Positions 58,721-64,000 of a stretch of DNA of 64,000 nt are shown here, piece by piece. Each line of letters starts with the position of its first letter. Positions within the stretch are counted from its first letter, which is position 1. A program made the position numbers and the translations under genes. The stretch comes from Eukaryota sp. TZLM1-RC (lineage: Eukaryota; Protista; Metamonada: BaSk clade). The notes beneath the pieces are model-generated. The model saw only the letters and a list, made by a program, of their open reading frames with translations, made no database searches and was not told the DNA's origin. The DNA lies in contig JAUPSS010000003.1 of the NCBI GenBank assembly GCA_040285825.1, forward strand, positions 1 to 64,000, read 5' to 3'.

Positions 58721-58837
58721 TTGTTATATTAGTTTAGAATTGTTTATATAGTTTAATGTACAATTGCGCTCTAGCGCTTAAGTCGAGGGAAAAAACTTTT
58801 GCCTTTATAATAAATTACTTTGCTTTTAGGTTCACTA

Positions 58838-61800
58838 TGTCTAACCCCCGCAGATCATCAATAGCTATTGGATCTTCTTCGGTGGGTTCCAAGGACACTT
58901 CCGAGTCTGGTAGGACTGAAATTGCCCCAGCTCAAAATGTGAGTTCTTCCTCGCAAACTCCTCAGTTCGGAACAGAACCACCCTCTGCTGGTGAGGGAAG
59001 TGTTACTTCCTCTCGTCCTCAAGTTCGAGATACTATTCCATCTTTGGATGTTCCTGTAATTCCCATCTGTCTCCCCGTTCCCCCTGCCAACGTGGAAAAC
59101 TTTGTCCCATTTTCTCGTCCCCCTGGATCAGAGGAAAAGAATGAAGACCCCCTCTTAAATCCGGAACATTTTAACACTTCAACTGAATATCAGAAGTATG
59201 TTATTCATGAGACTGAACCTGACTCAACCAGCATTAAAGTATCCGAGTTGTTGAAGCTCAAGATGGAAGAGTCTCCCTCTTCACCCATAGTATGCGCTCC
59301 TGTTGTTGTTTCTACTCCTTCTACGGAAGTTTCTGTGGAAGGTAAGCAATATTCGGAACAACCAGCTCCTCTGTAGCTCCTGCTGGAAACCAAAACTTAC
59401 TACTCCTTCCTCGGAAGTTTCCGTAGTAAAGTCTCAAAACACTTCTGCTCCTACTACGGTAAATCTTACAGAAATTCATTCAACACCACCTATTCCTTTT
59501 TTAGAAGTTCCTACAAGGGGAGTTATTCACATCCCCCCAACAAATGGCCAGACTCCTCAACAAGGTCAGGTATTTTTTTCTGCTCCTGCAGCTTGGCAGG
59601 TGCTTAGTGCTCCCCAACATAACACCTATCAAGCTCCCAGTCAGACGCAGGAATTAGATTCTCCTTTTGTCTCTGTTCAGCAAAGGACTAAAGCTAAAAC
59701 CTTAGTGCTCAACGCTGGCATTGAGCTAATGCAAGAAGATCCTGTTCCGATCTCTCCAAATGAGCTCATTGCTGCTTTATCCCCATTTTGGAGTGCAAAA
59801 ATAGTTGATGACCACGGCGTCAGGATCGGTAAAAGAATTGGCCCCTACTTCCCACTAAAGAAGTAAACAATCTGACAGTCCGATGTCACCCACCAACCAC
59901 CTACCCTCAACGTAATGTTGTAGGAGGTTTCAGAACTCCTCGTGAAGGAGTACAAAATATCTTTGCTGGTGACGAGCTGAATCTTCCTCAATCGGTGTAA
60001 TCCTTGTCCATTCCCTAGGTTTAGCCCTGGGTATAACGCATCTATGGATATTTATATAAACAGAGACTTCAGGACATGATGGTGGTACACATATATTACG
60101 GAGTTCTAGAAATTCTACACCCGGGATCACAGGCCAGACCATTGTGCGTCTTATCTCGGCCCCGAACACAGAAGAAATAGACCTCTTGGGGATGTTCTTA
60201 TGAAAGTCCAACAGAAAACAGGTGTCACCAATTCAAGTTCAATACTTTGGGTTAATGTCGATGGAACCTTAACAAGTTATTATCCCAGATCCTGCGACTC
60301 TTTCTAAGGTCCCTCAAGACCCCAGGCTTCTAGGAGTTACTCCTTCCAACACACCTTTAGTTCCTCAATATTCTAACAGTTTACTTATAGAGTCTATGGT
60401 GGGTACACAGGATAGAGATAGAGATAGACAAAAAGGTGGACGTCCTAGAGAACCCACTCTTGCAGCCAATAATGTCTCTGAACCCGTCGGATTCTGAAAA
60501 TTTATCGACAGACTCATTCTGTATGCTAGGACTGAGAGGACCATCGAAGAAAGAGACATCAATGAGTCTGATCCTACTCAAGTCATACTAGCAGGAGAAA
60601 TGTCTAAGCCCAGGAGACAGCTAGAAAACGCTTTCGTCCTCCTGCCACTCCTCAATCAATTACCATAGCTTACAGGAACCTTTCTTTGAATCAAAGATAT
60701 AACCATCCTCTTCACGAGTGAAACGGTTACAGAGCTGCGGCTCAAATAGTCCCACGCAAGATAGCCTCGTGTGTAACTCCGGAGTGTTCAGCCGCTCCGA
60801 GAGCTCAAGGTAGGTTCTCTTCTTTATCAGATAGCATTTTTGCCATTGATAACATTGACGAAGAACAAAATTGGGAATCAATACTTCACTTCAGCCAATA
60901 CAGCACCCTAGAAACCGCAAAGAACCCTCTACGTAGAGTTTAAATGAATTGCAATATTCAGGACTTTAAAAATTTCTGGAGCGACTTCACTGTGAGATTG
61001 ATGAAAACAGTCTCACGAAGTACCGCCATGTCTGATGTTAGGGCAAGTGATCGAGTATGGTCAACACTTCCTTCAGCGTATTCAAAATTGAGAGGTAGTC
61101 AACCATATGATTGATTCCATCGGCATTCAAGCAATCAGCGACAATTTGAGAACAGAATGGTCCACCCCCAATATTTGGCAACACCATACTTTACAACAAT
61201 TTGTGAACATCCTGGCTGCTGAATAAATGAGTTGGTGTTCAGCCAGATCCTATGAGGAGCAGAGGAGCAACATAAGTGACGGCTAACAACAACATATTGG
61301 TCACTATGTCAGAGTTAACCCAAAGGACAAGAATTGCATCGGCAAATTTAAACCTGCAGGATCTAGCAAAGTCGCTCCTGCTCACCTCAGTAAAAGGAGC
61401 AAGACACAAATAAAACAGGAAAGAGAGAAAGCTGGTCTCTACAGATACTGTGGTATTCTTGGCCACACCATTAAAGAATGTCCAGAACCTGATTGCCAAC
61501 GAACTAAGCAGTGGCCCGATTCCAATCCTGAGGCAGTTCAAGCCTATTTAGCCAGAGGTAGTACTAGCAGTAGAAGCAGAGGTGGCCCTAGAAACAGAGG
61601 CAAGGGCTCTTCCAGTAGCAGTAACCGTATATATAAATATTCATTGTTTTCTAAAGAGCAAGACAGCTGTCCAACAAGTAAAACACCAAAGAAGCAGACC
61701 TCTGTCTCCAAACCATGGATAAAGTGTTTGACTCATCCATTAACTACCCTTCATTACAAAACAGCCACACCCAACGAAACATTATATAGACCCTGTTTCA

Positions 61801-64000
61801 ACAGCAAGTTCGACAGGAGCCCAGACTTACAGTCCCACAACGACATCTTCATGGTTCGCACCTCCGATATCGCACGTAGAAATTTAAAATTGAAATTTTT
61901 AATAAATAACTGCGAAATAGGAGGGATCATCGATTCTAGAGCTTCAAGCTCTAAGATAACTGTTGTTTTAGCAGAGAAATGCAAAATGGAAAAGACAAGC
62001 CATTGCATAAACTTCAAGTCTGCAAACAACATCTTGTCTAAGTCATTAGAATCAGCAGAAGGCACGCTGAGTTTTAGACTCCGTAGTGTAACCCAACTAG
62101 TACATGTGAAACACAGTTTGGCTATCATCCCTGGCAACAACATGTTACTCATTGGTAGAGACCTGCTTCATCACCTAGGCCTATTAAACGACGAAGGCCT
62201 TTTCAGTAAGATGGACGAGGAACATCGTACATTATTACTGCCTAAGGCTGAATTCGATCATTGAATTTCCCAAGTCTCAGATGTCGTCAACGTCCCAGCC
62301 GTTAGTTGGAGCACATACAGTCTTTTGGTTGCACGATTAACCTCGACTGTGACAACGACAATAAGACCTTACTTCTAACCTTGAAAGAATTCGAAGGGAC
62401 ATTCAACCTTAAGCCGCATGCTGACGGGATTGACTGTCCTTTTATGGAAATCAACTTTCACGACGAAAGTGTCCGAGTGAGACAACCCCCTCGTAGGTTA
62501 AACCCCGACAAGCAGAAAATAGCCAAACAGATCTTCGATGATTTCATCGAGTCTGGATTTGCTGTTCCATCGAACCATAGGTTCAGCTCTCCAATATTTT
62601 TTGTGGTATACCCTGATCAACGTAAGCCTCGCCTTACCGGTGATCACAGTGGCAAGGACGGAGTCAACGCCAACACAGTTTCTGTTGAACCTAATCTTCC
62701 AAATTTCCGGTGTGCTAGTCTTCCTTTCGGAAGCCAATTTTATCGGCAACCTTGACTTCCCCAAATTATTTTGGCAACTGAAAATTGCAGAAAAAAACTG
62801 ACAAAAGACTGCCTTATGCATTGGTGGCAAAAGCATCATGTTCAAACGTGCAGCTTTTGGCCTCAGAAACATTTCCGTAGTATTTCAGAACGTTACGGCA
62901 GAAATCTTTTCCGGAGAGGGTGTATCCATCTATGTAGATGACATCATCATAGTAGGTATAACTGTTCTCGAAAAAGCTCGAACCCGTAGAGTTTGCCTTA
63001 AACTGCCCAAGTGCCATTTTGTGTCCTCCAGACATCCTATAAAGCTTCCTAGGAGCAGATTTCAACACAAAACCAGGACTATAAATCCTACACGTATAGA
63101 GTCGTTACTGAATTTCTCCAGATCCAAAACTGTGAAAGACGTTCGTAGCCTTATCGGTTCAGTTAACCGTATTAGGGAATGGCTTCCCCAGGTAACCAAA
63201 CATGTTGCCCCGATTATCAAATCAACTCAAACCACCTCGCTTGCAGTGGACAGACACTCACAATTTCCATCTAGCCAAAATCAAACGTTTGATCGCGAAG
63301 CATATGCCCTTAAACTTACCTCCGGTGGACAATTAAGTACTTATTAGTTGTCTTACTCTAACTTAGTCGTCTTACTCTATATCTGATACCTCAATCACTG
63401 GTTAAGGATACGCTTAACCTCCTACATGGATTCTTGCAAGGTGGCCACCAGTAAGGCAGAAAGTCTCTTCAGACTTAAAAACAGCGATTACTGGTGGCTT
63501 GACATGCTTTTAGACATGAACAAGCACGTTCTAGAATGTCCTTCCTGTCAAAAAACAGCAGTAGTTTTCAAACTGCATGTTGCCACTACTGCTTCCTTGT
63601 GGGCTGACAGACCATTTGCTAGAGTCAACGTCGATGTCATTGATCCTGTTCCTGAAGATCAAGACGGCCACAGATACTTTTTCGTATTTGTGGACAACTT
63701 CACGATGTTCACTATCACAGTTCCTCTGAAAGAACTAAAGCCCAATTTTACCGCTGATGCGCTCATATGAAAAGTGTGTGCCGTATTCGGGATTCCGTTC
63801 CTAGTTTATAGTGATAAAGGGCCAGAGTTTTCCAAAGCTGTCTTCGACGCTCTATGGCAGTTTTCGGGTATAGAAATCTCAAAGTTCCTTCCTCACTTCT
63901 CGCAATTCAACGGTTTAGTCGAACGCCGTCACCACAATATTTTGCAGAATTTGAGGAAGCTGTTTGTTCGTAGACTTTAATGCCTACGACATATGGTCAG
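58838..64000 (+). mobile_element. Degenerate Ty3/Gypsy element with very long gag (58838-~61570) and pol (61640 to beyond 64000)
   Basis: Knuckle YCGILGHTIKEC, protease IIDSRAS/LIGRDLL, RT IYVDDI and integrase CPSCQ, VNVD, SDKGPEF, NGLVER. RNase H is largely deleted near 63330-63400. Runs off the window. Confidence 0.88.

Noticed and set aside
1-64000. tRNA, rRNA or snRNA genes
   Set aside because: None recognised by eye. tRNAscan-SE/Infernal would be needed to exclude them.

Overview
This is AT-rich eukaryotic DNA from a flagellated protist. IFT52 is present, the standard genetic code is used, introns are about 29-30 nt and intergenic spacers are very short. The style resembles a free-living metamonad, but that is inference only. 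Eight host genes sit as islands among nested transposon debris: an RRM protein, HID1, a permuted NlpC/P60-like protein, SMC1, IFT52, an NDR/Dbf2-like kinase, a long-chain acyl-CoA synthetase and VPS37. The mobile DNA includes CRE-clade RLE non-LTR retrotransposons (one near full length, many fragments), at least three Ty3/Gypsy elements (two with paired ~150-bp LTRs), a complete MULE with a 9-bp TSD, a DD34E IS630/Tc1 transposase, a pogo deletion derivative and a TA-flanked MITE. Three things stand out. (1) There are three distinct Fanzor (eukaryotic TnpB-like RNA-guided nuclease) relics; one keeps the full RuvC D-E-D triad and both Zn-finger halves, and two end just upstream of co-oriented host genes. 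(2) A GC-richer degenerate ORF at 2.3-4.1 kb ends in an RdRp motif-F-like string, making it a candidate RNA-virus endogenous element. (3) An orphan ORF lies tail-to-tail with the IS630/Tc1 transposase. The first ~26 kb has many homopolymer frameshifts even in host genes, probably uncorrected long-read errors, so 'pseudogene' calls there are uncertain.
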